From the NCBI GenBank assembly GCA_039798785.1, contig JBDKFG010000041.1, positions 1 to 47,119 on the forward strand: DNA of 47,119 nt. Direction: 5' to 3'. The notes under the pieces were generated by a model. That model ran no database searches and was not told the origin of the DNA. It saw nothing but the letters and a program-made list of their open reading frames with translations. The first letter of the stretch is position 1, and each line of letters begins with the position of its first letter. Below are positions 28,010 to 36,356 of this stretch, in pieces. A program made the translations under genes and the position numbers. Origin of the DNA: Verrucomicrobiota bacterium. GTDB lineage: Bacteria > Verrucomicrobiota > Lentisphaeria > Lentisphaerales > Lentisphaeraceae.

Positions 28010-28927
28010 TCAATCGAGATCGAAGAGGGCCTTGGCGTAAGTTTCGGCGTCGAAGGGCTCGAGATCTTGCGGCTGTTCGCCGAGGCCGACGAAGAAGACA
28101 GGGAGGGGGTTTTCCTCTTTGATGGCGACCACGACACCGCCTTTGCCGGCGCCGTCGAGCTTGGTGACGCAGAGGCCGGTGACCCCGACCGCGGCTCCGA
28201 ATTCACGGGCCTGCTGCAGGGCGTTGGTGCCGGTGGAGCCGTCGACGACGAGAAGGGTTTCGTGAGGTCCTTCGGGGATGACTTTGCGGAGGACGCGCAG
28301 CAGCTTGGGCAGTTCCTCCATCAGGTCGGCGCGGGTGTGCTGGCGTCCGGCGGTGTCGATGATCAGGAAGTCGATGTTGCGGGCCTTGGCGGCGGTGCAG
28401 GCGTCGAAGGCGGTGGCGGCGGCGTCGGAGCCGTGGGTGCCGGCGATCACCGGCACGTCGACCCGCTGACCCCAGAGCTTGAGCTGGTCGATGGCGGCGG
28501 CGCGGAAGGTGTCGCAGGCGCCGAGCATCACCGAGAAGCCGTCTTTTTTCAGGCGGGCGGCCATCTTGCCGATGGTGGTGGTCTTGCCGGCGCCGTTGAC
28601 CCCGACGACGAGGATGACGGTGGGACCGTCTTTGGCGGTGTTGAGCGGGCGGTTGCCGCGGGCGGCGATCTCGGCGACATCGGCGGCGGCGCTTTTCAGG
28701 ATGTCGGCGCCGGTCTTGATCTGGCCGAGATTGTAGCGATCCTGGAGTTGCGTCGCGATGCGCTTGGCGGCGGGGTAGCCGATGTCGGCGGAGACCAGGG
28801 CGCCCTCGAGCTTCTTGTAGGAATCCTCGTCCCAGGCCTTGGTGCCGGTGAAGAGGGTTTCGATCGAGCGGTGCAGCACCGTGGCGGTGCGCTGCAGGCC
28901 GCGGCGGAAGGCGTCGAAGATCCCCAT
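28010..28927 (-). CDS. ftsY: Signal recognition particle receptor FtsY (NG domain only)
   Basis: GVNGAGKTTTIGK, DTFRAAA, DTAGR, TKLDG.GKGG and GLGE. Confidence 0.97.
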   Translation of the reverse strand: MGIFDAFRRGLQRTATVLHRSIETLFTGTKAWDEDSYKKLEGALVSADIGYPAAKRIATQLQDRYNLGQIKTGADILKSAAADVAEIAARGNRPLNTAKDGPTVILVVGVNGAGKTTTIGKMAARLKKDGFSVMLGACDTFRAAAIDQLKLWGQRVDVPVIAGTHGSDAAATAFDACTAAKARNIDFLIIDTAGRQHTRADLMEELPKLLRVLRKVIPEGPHETLLVVDGSTGTNALQQAREFGAAVGVTGLCVTKLDGAGKGGVVVAIKEENPLPVFFVGLGEQPQDLEPFDAETYAKALFDLD

Positions 28928-29418
28928 CAGGCGTCCTTCCGGTCTTTCGACAGGCGGTCGAGGATGCCGTTGATGAACTTGTAGGAATCACTTTCGCCGA
29001 AGGTCTTGGCGAGGTCGATGGCTTCGTCGATGATCACCGGCACCGGGGTGCTGGCGAGGCGGAGCTCGGTCGCGCCGACGCGGAGGATGTTGCGGTCGAT
29101 GGCGGACATCCGGCCGAGGGTCCAGTTCTCCGAGGCGGCGGAGATGGCGGCGTCGATCTCGTCACGGGCCTGCAGGCTCTGGCGGATCAGGGTTTCGGCG
29201 AAGGGCGCTCCCTCGGCGAGACCTTTGGCATCGGGGATGCCGCCGATCTTGGCTTCGGAGAGGGGGCGGGTTTCGCCGCGGATCTGCGACCAGAAGAGCT
29301 GCAGCTGTTCTTCGACGTCGTCGGAGAAGCCGGCGGCATCTTGCTGATAAAGGAAGAGGAAGGCCCATTCGCGCCCGAGGGAGCGCGGGCTGCGGCGGCT
29401 ACGAGGTTCGTTGGCCAT
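28927..29418 (-). CDS. nusB: Transcription antitermination factor NusB
   Basis: Arg-rich N-terminus, NWTLGRMSAIDRNILR, IIDEAIDLAK.FG and FINGILD. Confidence 0.93.
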   Translation of the reverse strand: MANEPRSRRSPRSLGREWAFLFLYQQDAAGFSDDVEEQLQLFWSQIRGETRPLSEAKIGGIPDAKGLAEGAPFAETLIRQSLQARDEIDAAISAASENWTLGRMSAIDRNILRVGATELRLASTPVPVIIDEAIDLAKTFGESDSYKFINGILDRLSKDRKDA

Positions 29419-29421
29419 GTT

Positions 29422-30066
29422 TCAGTTCCCGCCGATCCACTCGGATTCGTGCCAGATGAAGCCATAGTGGGTGCGGACCTGGATGCCGTTGACCTGATAG
29501 AGCTTCTTCTCAAGCTGGGTGAAGGCCCAGAGAAGGGTCTGGTAATAAGGGGTGTCCTCGATCCGGCCCTGTTCATTGGCGGTCAGGCCGATGTGGGTCA
29601 GGCCGTCGGTGATCGCCATCTGCTGCAGGATGTTGATGAAGAGGATGCACTTCGGCGGCAGCTTGGCGAGCTCGGCCATGAAGGAGTTCTTGCGGTAGGC
29701 CTCGAAGTTGCCGAGATTGCCGTCGGCGGCGATGTTCTCCTTCAGGCGGCGGCACTGGCGGATGAAATCCAGGACCCGGAAGGGGTCGAGATAGAGCTTC
29801 TTGTACTTGGCGTCGAACCAGGTGGTGCGGACGAAGCGCGGATCGTCGCCGGCCAGTTGGAAGATCAGTTCAACTTCGCTCTGGAAGTTTTCATAGTCGG
29901 AGAAGAAGAGCTTGCCAAGATCCTGGACGATCTCCTTGACGTCCGGCTTGGCCAGGAGGTCCTCCAGGGCGGCCTGGCATTCAGCAAGCGGCTTTTTCCC
30001 TTCAACCGCTTGAGTATGAAGCTTGTCGATCTGCTGCCAGATAGTGTCGAGAGTGCGTTTGGCCAT
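29422..30066 (-). CDS. Hypothetical protein
   Basis: 214-aa ORF with strongly host-like codon usage. Its stop is 3 nt before the nusB start. Confidence 0.7.
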   Translation of the reverse strand: MAKRTLDTIWQQIDKLHTQAVEGKKPLAECQAALEDLLAKPDVKEIVQDLGKLFFSDYENFQSEVELIFQLAGDDPRFVRTTWFDAKYKKLYLDPFRVLDFIRQCRRLKENIAADGNLGNFEAYRKNSFMAELAKLPPKCILFINILQQMAITDGLTHIGLTANEQGRIEDTPYYQTLLWAFTQLEKKLYQVNGIQVRTHYGFIWHESEWIGGN

Positions 30067-30155
30067 GGTTTTCCCGGTGCTTATGTAGTTTTGCGAGCCG
30101 CACCTTAGCCCGCCAAGGACGAAGATCAAGGGGGCGGGGGGCTGCCCCGCCAGCT

Positions 30156-30581
30156 TCATGTCAAAGTTTGAAAAACATCCAGGAGGGAGAGAGGATCCAA
30201 GCGGAAATTCATCAAGTAGGCGTCTTTCAGTTCGCGGAGGCGGTCAGGATCGATCTGACCCCGAGCCAGGATGAATGAATCCATGTTCCAGGAGCTGAAG
30301 CCACGCATCTCGATCGCTTCATCGACGATGATCTGGAGATTGCGGTGGCGTGGATCCTGGCGGATTTTTTCAAGCAGGGTGTAGAGGCTCCTTCCGTCGC
30401 CTTCCAGGATTTGCAGGAATTTTCCCTGATGGTAGAGAAGGGCCCCCGTCACTTCCAGTTCGCAGTTGCGTTTTTTCGCCGCAGTGACGATCTGATCAAG
30501 AACCGCGGCGACATCCGATTCGGGGATGAGCGACTCACTGACATAGATGATGGCGTGCAGCCCTGGAGTTGGCGTCTTCAT
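30156..30581 (-). CDS. BLUF domain blue-light sensor protein
   Basis: Conserved BLUF residues Y-V-S, N, TGAL, FLQILEG, I..DPRH and RGF..WNM. Confidence 0.88.
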   Translation of the reverse strand: MKTPTPGLHAIIYVSESLIPESDVAAVLDQIVTAAKKRNCELEVTGALLYHQGKFLQILEGDGRSLYTLLEKIRQDPRHRNLQIIVDEAIEMRGFSSWNMDSFILARGQIDPDRLRELKDAYLMNFRLDPLSLLDVFQTLT

Positions 30582-30584
30582 CAA

Positions 30585-31832
30585 TCACGGCTTGGGGCTT
30601 TCGCGGATCTGCTCGATTTCGAGGGTGGGGCGGCTCCATCCCTCCTGCTGGCGCTGGGTGCCGACCACTTCGACCGGGCGCTTGTAGAGGAATTGCAAGG
30701 TCTTCTGGCCGTCCTTGGAGTTGAGATACGCGATGGGGTAGTACTGGCCGTTGACCTCGGCGCAGAGGACGGCGTCGGCAAGCTTGGTGTTGTCCACCGG
30801 CATGACGACGCCGCTGAGCCGCACCTGGCCGGGAGGGACGATCAGCGGCGCGGCTTCGATCTTGGGGGCGGGAGAGGCTTCACCGCTGAAGCGTTCGCGT
30901 TGTTCATCGAGGTGTTGGCGTTCGAGCTTGATTTCGGCGAGCAGGCGGGCGGCATCGGCCTGGGCGGCGCGGGCTTGTTCACGGAGAAGTTCGAGGGCGG
31001 CGGCCTCTTCCTTGCTGCTCTTGCTTGCCATCTTCAGGGCAGCCAGCTGATCCTGGATCCGCTTCTCCTGTTCCTCGGCGGCGACTCGGCTGCGATTGAG
31101 CTTGTCCTCCTTGGCGCCGAGATCTTTGGACTGCTGGTCGAATCCGGCCGCCGACCTGGCGCTGGCCGCGATCGCGGCGCGAAGCTCCGCCGCCTCCTTC
31201 TCATGAGCGTCGGGGAGCACCGGGTCCTTCAGCGCCGCCACCGGGGCTTTGATCGCGATGTAGGCGCTGCTCGCCCAGACCTTCATGGCTCCGGCGGCCG
31301 GCTCGATCTCGGCCCAGGTGTCGTCGGAACTGAGGACCTTGACTGCGGTGCCGGCGGCGATTTCGCCGAACTCGGTGTAGGCGACGCCGGGCCCGGCGTG
31401 GACCTGGCTGGCGGTGCTGATGGATTTTTTGCCGGCGTCGAGGCTTTTGACCGAAACCCAACAGCGCATCCCGGCGGGCGAGGCGATCTGCAGCCAGTCC
31501 TTGTGGCGGGCCAGCACCTGCACCTTGTCGTCGCGCTTGAGATGGCCGAGCACTTCGAAGCGGGTGCCGGGGCGCGGCCGCAGGTTGAGTCGCGAGCCTG
31601 TCACCTTGCCTTCGCAGATCAATTCCTGGGTGAGGTCGCTGCTCGGGTCGGCCGGCTTGGCCACAGGACTGAGCGGCGCCGCGTCGGTCTTGAGCGCCAC
31701 CGGGCTGAGTGCGGACACATCGGCTTTGAGCGCCACCGGGCTGAGCTCGGTGATGTCGGTTTTCACCGGCGCGGGACTGGTCGCGGCGGCATCGGGAGCG
31801 GCGGCGAGGAGGAAGGAGAGGAGAAGGCTCAT
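30585..31832 (-). CDS. Secreted SH3 (SH3b) domain protein with coiled coil
   Basis: Signal peptide and 12-aa repeats, then two SH3b-like units (LNLRPRPG...WLQI...WVS; VHAGPG...WAEI...WASSAYI) and a coiled coil. Confidence 0.75.
   Translation of the reverse strand: MSLLLSFLLAAAPDAAATSPAPVKTDITELSPVALKADVSALSPVALKTDAAPLSPVAKPADPSSDLTQELICEGKVTGSRLNLRPRPGTRFEVLGHLKRDDKVQVLARHKDWLQIASPAGMRCWVSVKSLDAGKKSISTASQVHAGPGVAYTEFGEIAAGTAVKVLSSDDTWAEIEPAAGAMKVWASSAYIAIKAPVAALKDPVLPDAHEKEAAELRAAIAASARSAAGFDQQSKDLGAKEDKLNRSRVAAEEQEKRIQDQLAALKMASKSSKEEAAALELLREQARAAQADAARLLAEIKLERQHLDEQRERFSGEASPAPKIEAAPLIVPPGQVRLSGVVMPVDNTKLADAVLCAEVNGQYYPIAYLNSKDGQKTLQFLYKRPVEVVGTQRQQEGWSRPTLEIEQIRESPKP
31656..31764 (-). 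repeat. Intragenic 36-nt tandem repeat (x3)
   Basis: Encodes TDITELSPVALK-ADVSALSPVALK-TDAAPLSPVAK. TTGAGCGCCACCGGGCTGAG occurs at 31690 and 31726. Confidence 0.8.
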
Positions 31833-31962
31833 GGGTGGGGGCCTGGGTTATTGCGGTTGATTTTTGATTTCCGAAATTGACTGCAGCTTTGCGACGAGGG
31901 CAAAACTCCCGCCGGCACGGAGGGCGGGGGGCCCAGGAATGAGATCGACCCTTTCCATGAGC

Positions 31963-32877
31963 TTAGTTTTTCGCTTTCTTCAATTCTTCAAGCTGCGCGG
32001 CGATCCGTCGTTGCTGTTCCTCGAGCTCGCGCCTGAGCTCTTCGGTGCGGCGTTGGGCGGCTTCCAAGTCGGCTCGTTCCTGGCGGGCGTTGGCGACCTG
32101 GGCGCTCCGGACGCGGGATTCGAGGGATTCGCCGCGGTCGGGTAGGCCCATCAGGATGAGGCCGAGGACGACGACGATGAGCTCGGCGGCGATGCCGGCG
32201 GCACGGGCGCAATCCGCATTGGCCTGCTCGAGAAGCGCCGGGATGCGGGGGAAGAGCCAGCCCTGGAGGACGAAGACGAGGATGAGGGCGACGCAGGCGG
32301 GCACGAGGGCTTGATGGGCGAAGACGACGACCACGGCGGAGCAGAGGGCGGCGCTGAGCCAGAGGTGGGCGGGCTCGACGCTGCGGGTGATGCGGCGGGT
32401 CATGGCGGGATCGAGGGAGCGGCAGGAGGCGTGAGTGGCGCCGCCGCAGGCTCCGGCGATGATCAGCCACCAGGCCTGGCCCTGGTAGGCGAGCAGGCTG
32501 ATGCCGGCGAGAAGGAGCAGCAGGGCGAGATTGAGCGCCAAGGCGGGAGCGTGGCGCGAGGCGGCGCTGCTCTCGTCGCGGCTGGCGGCGAGGAGTTCGC
32601 CGAACCAGGTGAAGGCGTCGAGAATGTGGCCGCGGCTGGCCCAGAAGATCAGACCGAGGCAGACGAATCCGCTGGCCAAGGCGCCGCCGTAGGGGTTGGG
32701 GCTGAAATAGCCGAGGATTTCACAGACCAGCCAGAGGGCTGCGCCCTGGGCTGCTCCGGAAAGCACAAGGTAGTGCAGCTCGGGGGCGGCATGTCGGGCC
32801 GCCGCGCCGCCGCGCCCGTTCAGGGTCAACCAGCCTTCGCCGATCTTTTCGATGTGTCTCTGGAAGTCGTTGCTCAA
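31963..32877 (-). CDS. Hypothetical multi-pass membrane protein (weak CobS-like) with C-terminal coiled coil
   Basis: About 6-7 TMs. RGHILDAF and ANADCARAA..AEL loosely resemble CobS GGLHLDG and G.TGD..GA..E. Confidence 0.55.
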   Translation of the reverse strand: MSNDFQRHIEKIGEGWLTLNGRGGAAARHAAPELHYLVLSGAAQGAALWLVCEILGYFSPNPYGGALASGFVCLGLIFWASRGHILDAFTWFGELLAASRDESSAASRHAPALALNLALLLLLAGISLLAYQGQAWWLIIAGACGGATHASCRSLDPAMTRRITRSVEPAHLWLSAALCSAVVVVFAHQALVPACVALILVFVLQGWLFPRIPALLEQANADCARAAGIAAELIVVVLGLILMGLPDRGESLESRVRSAQVANARQERADLEAAQRRTEELRRELEEQQRRIAAQLEELKKAKN

Positions 32878-32933
32878 GGGAAGTCTCCGCTAGGTCATGG
32901 CCGGCAATCTACTCTGCCTTCCGGGAAAATGAA

Positions 32934-32982
32934 CCTAAAAACCGCAGTTGAAAGGTTCAAAGGTTGATGAGGTGTAAAGGTT
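32934..32982. repeat. Dispersed octamer element copy
   Basis: CCTAAAAACCGCA followed by GTTGAAAGGTTCAAAGGTTGATGAGGTGTAAAGG. Confidence 0.65.
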
Positions 32983-33092
32983 TTGCTGAATCTGCAATGA
33001 TTAATGACGGACAAGGGTATAGAAGGACCTGCGGCGGCTGACGCGGCGCAACGGCGGAATGCCACTAAGTTCCGGCATTCAGGAGGATCCCC

Positions 33093-34547
33093 ATGAAACG
33101 CATCGGCATCGGCGGCATCGCCATTGAAAGCTGCACCTTTTCCCCTCTCGCCTCGCGCCGCTCCGATTTCGTCGAGCTTCTCGGCGAAGCGCTCAAGCAA
33201 CGCTTCCCCTTCCTTGAGGAATGGCGCCTTACGGGTCATGAAAAGGTCGTCTTCGTCCCCACCTTGCAAGCGAAGGCGATCCCGGGCGGTCCGGTCGCCG
33301 CAGCGGATTATGCCGCGCTCAAGTCGGACTTCCTCGCCGCGGTGCAAAAGGCCCTGCCTCTGGACGCCTTCGTCTTCGATCTCCACGGGGCGATGGCGGT
33401 CGAAGGCCTGGATGATGCCGAGGCCGATCTGGCGGCGTCCTTGCGGCAAGCCCTCGGCCCGTCTTGCCGCATCGCCGCGTCGATGGATCTGCATGGCAAC
33501 CTGACGCCGGAATTCTGCCGCTCCGTCGACGCTCTCACCGCCTACCGCACCGCGCCGCACGTCGACGTTCTCGACACCCGCCGCCGCGCCTGTGAGCTAG
33601 CCATCCGGCTGCTTGCCGGTCCCCGCCCGGTGCAGGCCTGGGTCGGAATCCCGGTCCTCCTCCAGGGTGAACGGACCTCCACCGAGGTGATGCCCGGCCA
33701 GGCCGTTTATGCGGAGGTCGCAAAGGGCCTGGCGGCCAAGCCGGATCTCTGGGACAGCTCGATCTTCGTCGGATACGCATGGGCCGATCAGCCCAGGTGC
33801 CGAGCCACGGCCTACGCCCTCGCCGACACGGCGGAGACTGCCGCCGCCGAGGCCGAACGCCTGGCGAGGAACTACTGGTCGGCGCGCCACGACTTCGGCT
33901 TTTGCGCCGAAGCCTTGCCTTCGTCCGACGCGGTTGACAAAGCCCTCGCCGATCCAGGGCCGGCGAACTTCATTTCGGACTCCGGCGACAACCCCACCGC
34001 CGGCGGCGCCGGCGACGTGCCGGAAATGCTAGTCGAACTGCTCCGCCGCGACGAATTTCGCGACGGCCGCGCCAGCGCCATCTACGCCAGCATGCCGGCG
34101 CCCGAGGCGGTCGCGGCTTGTTTCGCCGCGGGCCTCGGCGCCCGCATCCAAGTTGAAGTCGGCGGCCGCCTCGATCCGGTCCATGGTTGCGCCATCCGCA
34201 TCGAAGGCCAAGTCGAAAGCCTTTTCCCCGACGATCCGATCGGCGGGGATCTGGCAGTCCTGCGTTGCGGCGGCGTGGCGGTGATCCTGACCGAGAAGCG
34301 CAAGTATTACCACGTCATTTCCGAGTTCACCAAGCTCGGACTCGATCCCGCCTCGGCGACGGTCACCAGCGTCAAGATCGGCTATCTCGAACCCGAGCTG
34401 AAGGCTTGCGCCCGCCGCAGCTTCCTCGCCCTCAGCGCCGGCGCCGTCGACCAGGACACCCTCCGCCTTCCCTACCGCCGCATCTCCCGGCCGATGTTCC
34501 CTCTCGACCAGGATTTCGAGGCGATGCTGAAAGCGCAGGTCTTCTGA
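33093..34547 (+). CDS. M81 family metallopeptidase (MlrC-like)
   Basis: ESCTFSP, DLHGAM, DLHGN, YRTAPHVD and DSGDNPTAGG. Preceded by an AGGAGG RBS. Confidence 0.9.
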   Translation: MKRIGIGGIAIESCTFSPLASRRSDFVELLGEALKQRFPFLEEWRLTGHEKVVFVPTLQAKAIPGGPVAAADYAALKSDFLAAVQKALPLDAFVFDLHGAMAVEGLDDAEADLAASLRQALGPSCRIAASMDLHGNLTPEFCRSVDALTAYRTAPHVDVLDTRRRACELAIRLLAGPRPVQAWVGIPVLLQGERTSTEVMPGQAVYAEVAKGLAAKPDLWDSSIFVGYAWADQPRCRATAYALADTAETAAAEAERLARNYWSARHDFGFCAEALPSSDAVDKALADPGPANFISDSGDNPTAGGAGDVPEMLVELLRRDEFRDGRASAIYASMPAPEAVAACFAAGLGARIQVEVGGRLDPVHGCAIRIEGQVESLFPDDPIGGDLAVLRCGGVAVILTEKRKYYHVISEFTKLGLDPASATVTSVKIGYLEPELKACARRSFLALSAGAVDQDTLRLPYRRISRPMFPLDQDFEAMLKAQVF

Positions 34548-34662
34548 TTCAATGCAGCTCGTGCTGAATAGTCTCCCACTCGTTCAAATGAGAAAAAAGA
34601 TGTCGCATTTCTGTGGCGAACGAGCTGTTGTTCATTTGGTTCCGGCTACGCCGGGATAGGGC

Positions 34663-35643
34663 TCACTGACCCTGCATCCCGGCGAGGCATTCGGCAAAGC
34701 CGCGTTTGAGCCCGGCCGCATCGAGATTCTCGCCGATCAGGACGACCCGGCAGCGGCGCTCCTCGCCGTCCTTCCAGATCGCGCCGCGACCGTCTTCGAA
34801 GAGGCGGTGCACCGATTGGAAGATCAGGCGCTCGGGCTGGTTTTGAACCGCGACGATGCCCTTCATCCGTATCACCTTGCCCGCCAGATCGAAAAGGACG
34901 TGGCCGAGCCAGCCGCGGAAGAGGACGTGATCGACCTCGCCGGGAAGGTCGAGGCAGACTGCCGCGTGGCGCACCGGATGGGCATGGCGCAACCCCGCCG
35001 GAATGACCGGTGCCGCATGCATCCCCTCGGACTCGAAGCGGCTGCCGCCGAGATCCAGAGCGAGCAGGGGGTCGATGCAGGAACGCTGGCAGCGCAGCAC
35101 CGGGGCGAAGGGATTGAGGGCGCGCAAGGTCCCCTCCACCGCGCCGCTCAGCGCCTCGCCGGCATCGTCGCATTTGTTCAGTAAGAGCAGATCGGCGAAA
35201 GCCACCTGGCGCTCCGCCTGAGCTTCTTTGGCCAGCTCGTCGAGGAAGTTCACCGCGTCGACCACGGTGACGATGCCGTCGACCGTGTGCATCCGGTTGA
35301 GAATCGGGTCGAAGGCGAAGCTTTCCGCCACCGGTGCGGGGTCCGCAATTCCCGTGGTTTCGACGATCAATTGTTCAAACGGCTTGCCGCTTTTGTGCAG
35401 CTCCATCACCACCCGCGGCAGGTCGCCCCGGACGGCGCAGCAGAGGCAGCCATTGGGCAGTTCCAGCACCGAATCCGAGGCATCCGCGACCAGATCGCCG
35501 TCGATCCCCACCGAGCCCAGCTCGTTGACGATGAAAGCGAGCGTGCGTCCCGAGCCGATGAGCCGATTGAGCAGCGTCGTCTTGCCGGCGCCGAGGAAGC
35601 CGGTGACGATGGTGACGGGGATTTTTCCGGGTGAGCGTTTCAT
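34663..35643 (-). CDS. CobW/COG0523 family GTP-binding metallochaperone
   Basis: TGFLGAGKTT, NELG, GCLCC, ETTGIADP and NKCD, plus CobW_C-type RMKG...FQSV...VLIG. Confidence 0.92.
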   Translation of the reverse strand: MKRSPGKIPVTIVTGFLGAGKTTLLNRLIGSGRTLAFIVNELGSVGIDGDLVADASDSVLELPNGCLCCAVRGDLPRVVMELHKSGKPFEQLIVETTGIADPAPVAESFAFDPILNRMHTVDGIVTVVDAVNFLDELAKEAQAERQVAFADLLLLNKCDDAGEALSGAVEGTLRALNPFAPVLRCQRSCIDPLLALDLGGSRFESEGMHAAPVIPAGLRHAHPVRHAAVCLDLPGEVDHVLFRGWLGHVLFDLAGKVIRMKGIVAVQNQPERLIFQSVHRLFEDGRGAIWKDGEERRCRVVLIGENLDAAGLKRGFAECLAGMQGQ

Positions 35644-35649
35644 GGGTTA

Positions 35650-35836
35650 CCTGGGAGCCCCGGCGTCCCGCCGGGTGTGTTCGTGGCTCGAGCTTCCAGC
35701 TCGAGAGGAGCATGTCCTGGGAGCCCCGGCGTCCCGCCGGGTGTGTTCGTGCTCGAGCTTCCAGCTCGAGAGGAGCATGTCCTGGGAGCCCCGGCGTCCC
35801 GCCGGGTGTGTTCGTGGCTCGAGCTTCCAGCTCGAG
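35650..35836. repeat. Tandem repeat of a 65-66-nt unit made of two REP-like palindromes (2 full + 1 partial)
   Basis: Units start at 35650, 35716 and 35781. Unit sequence: CCTGGGAGCCCCGGCGTCCCGCCGGGTGTGTTCGTGGCTCGAGCTTCCAGCTCGAGAGGAGCATGT. Confidence 0.9.
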
Positions 35837-35837
35837 T

Positions 35838-36061
35838 GCGCTCGTCGCGAAGCGACGGTGTGCATATAGCCGGGGGTTTCAACCCCCGGACAATGCCGCC
35901 CCATGACCGCCGTCGCGAAGCGACAGGATGACATGCCTAGCGATGCGCCCATCTCAAGCGCAGATGTCACCGCGTCGCTGCCGCGACGCCCAAAACAAAT
36001 GTCAAACCACCGGGGGTTGAAACCCCCGGCTACAATCATTCCGTCGCTTCGCGACGAGCGC
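35838..36061. mobile_element. Non-autonomous REPIN/MITE-like element
   Basis: Perfect 21-bp terminal inverted repeats GCGCTCGTCGCGAAGCGACGG/CCGTCGCTTCGCGACGAGCGC. Inner inverted pair TAGCCGGGGGTTTCAACCCCCGG (35867-35889) and CCGGGGGTTGAAACCCCCGGCTA (36010-36032). Confidence 0.7.
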
Positions 36062-36199
36062 AAAGCTGCACCCGGCGGGACGCCGGGGCTCCTGGGTTTG
36101 GCGCTTCGCGACAAGCGCAGAACCCCGCCTAGCGGAGAGAGGTAGTATTGAGGAATATTCCAGCGATTCATCCACCCCTCCGCTTCGTGTGTTCAGACC

Positions 36200-36295
36200 G
36201 CCCTTTCAGGGCTCGGAACCATTTTGTTCTCACCCGGGGTTGCGCCTCGTTCCTCGGCTCCACCCCGGGCTGAGATCAGGCTGCCCCGCTGGGGC
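36200..36295. repeat. Further REP-like palindromic element
   Basis: Series of small hairpins: GCCCTTTCAGGGC, CCCGGGGT...ACCCCGGG and GCCCCGCTGGGGC. Confidence 0.55.
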
Positions 36296-36356
36296 AATAG
36301 CTTTCCCATGCTCACCCAGTCGTCTCCCAACTGTGTCCCAGTTGTGTCCCAGTTCC

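Noticed and set aside
35650..35836. Possible CRISPR array
   Set aside because: The intervening sequences are identical rather than unique spacers, the units are plain tandem copies, and there are no cas genes in the window.
35631..36171. ORFs spanning the repeat cluster
   Set aside because: Their translations simply mirror the DNA repeats and show no coding bias.
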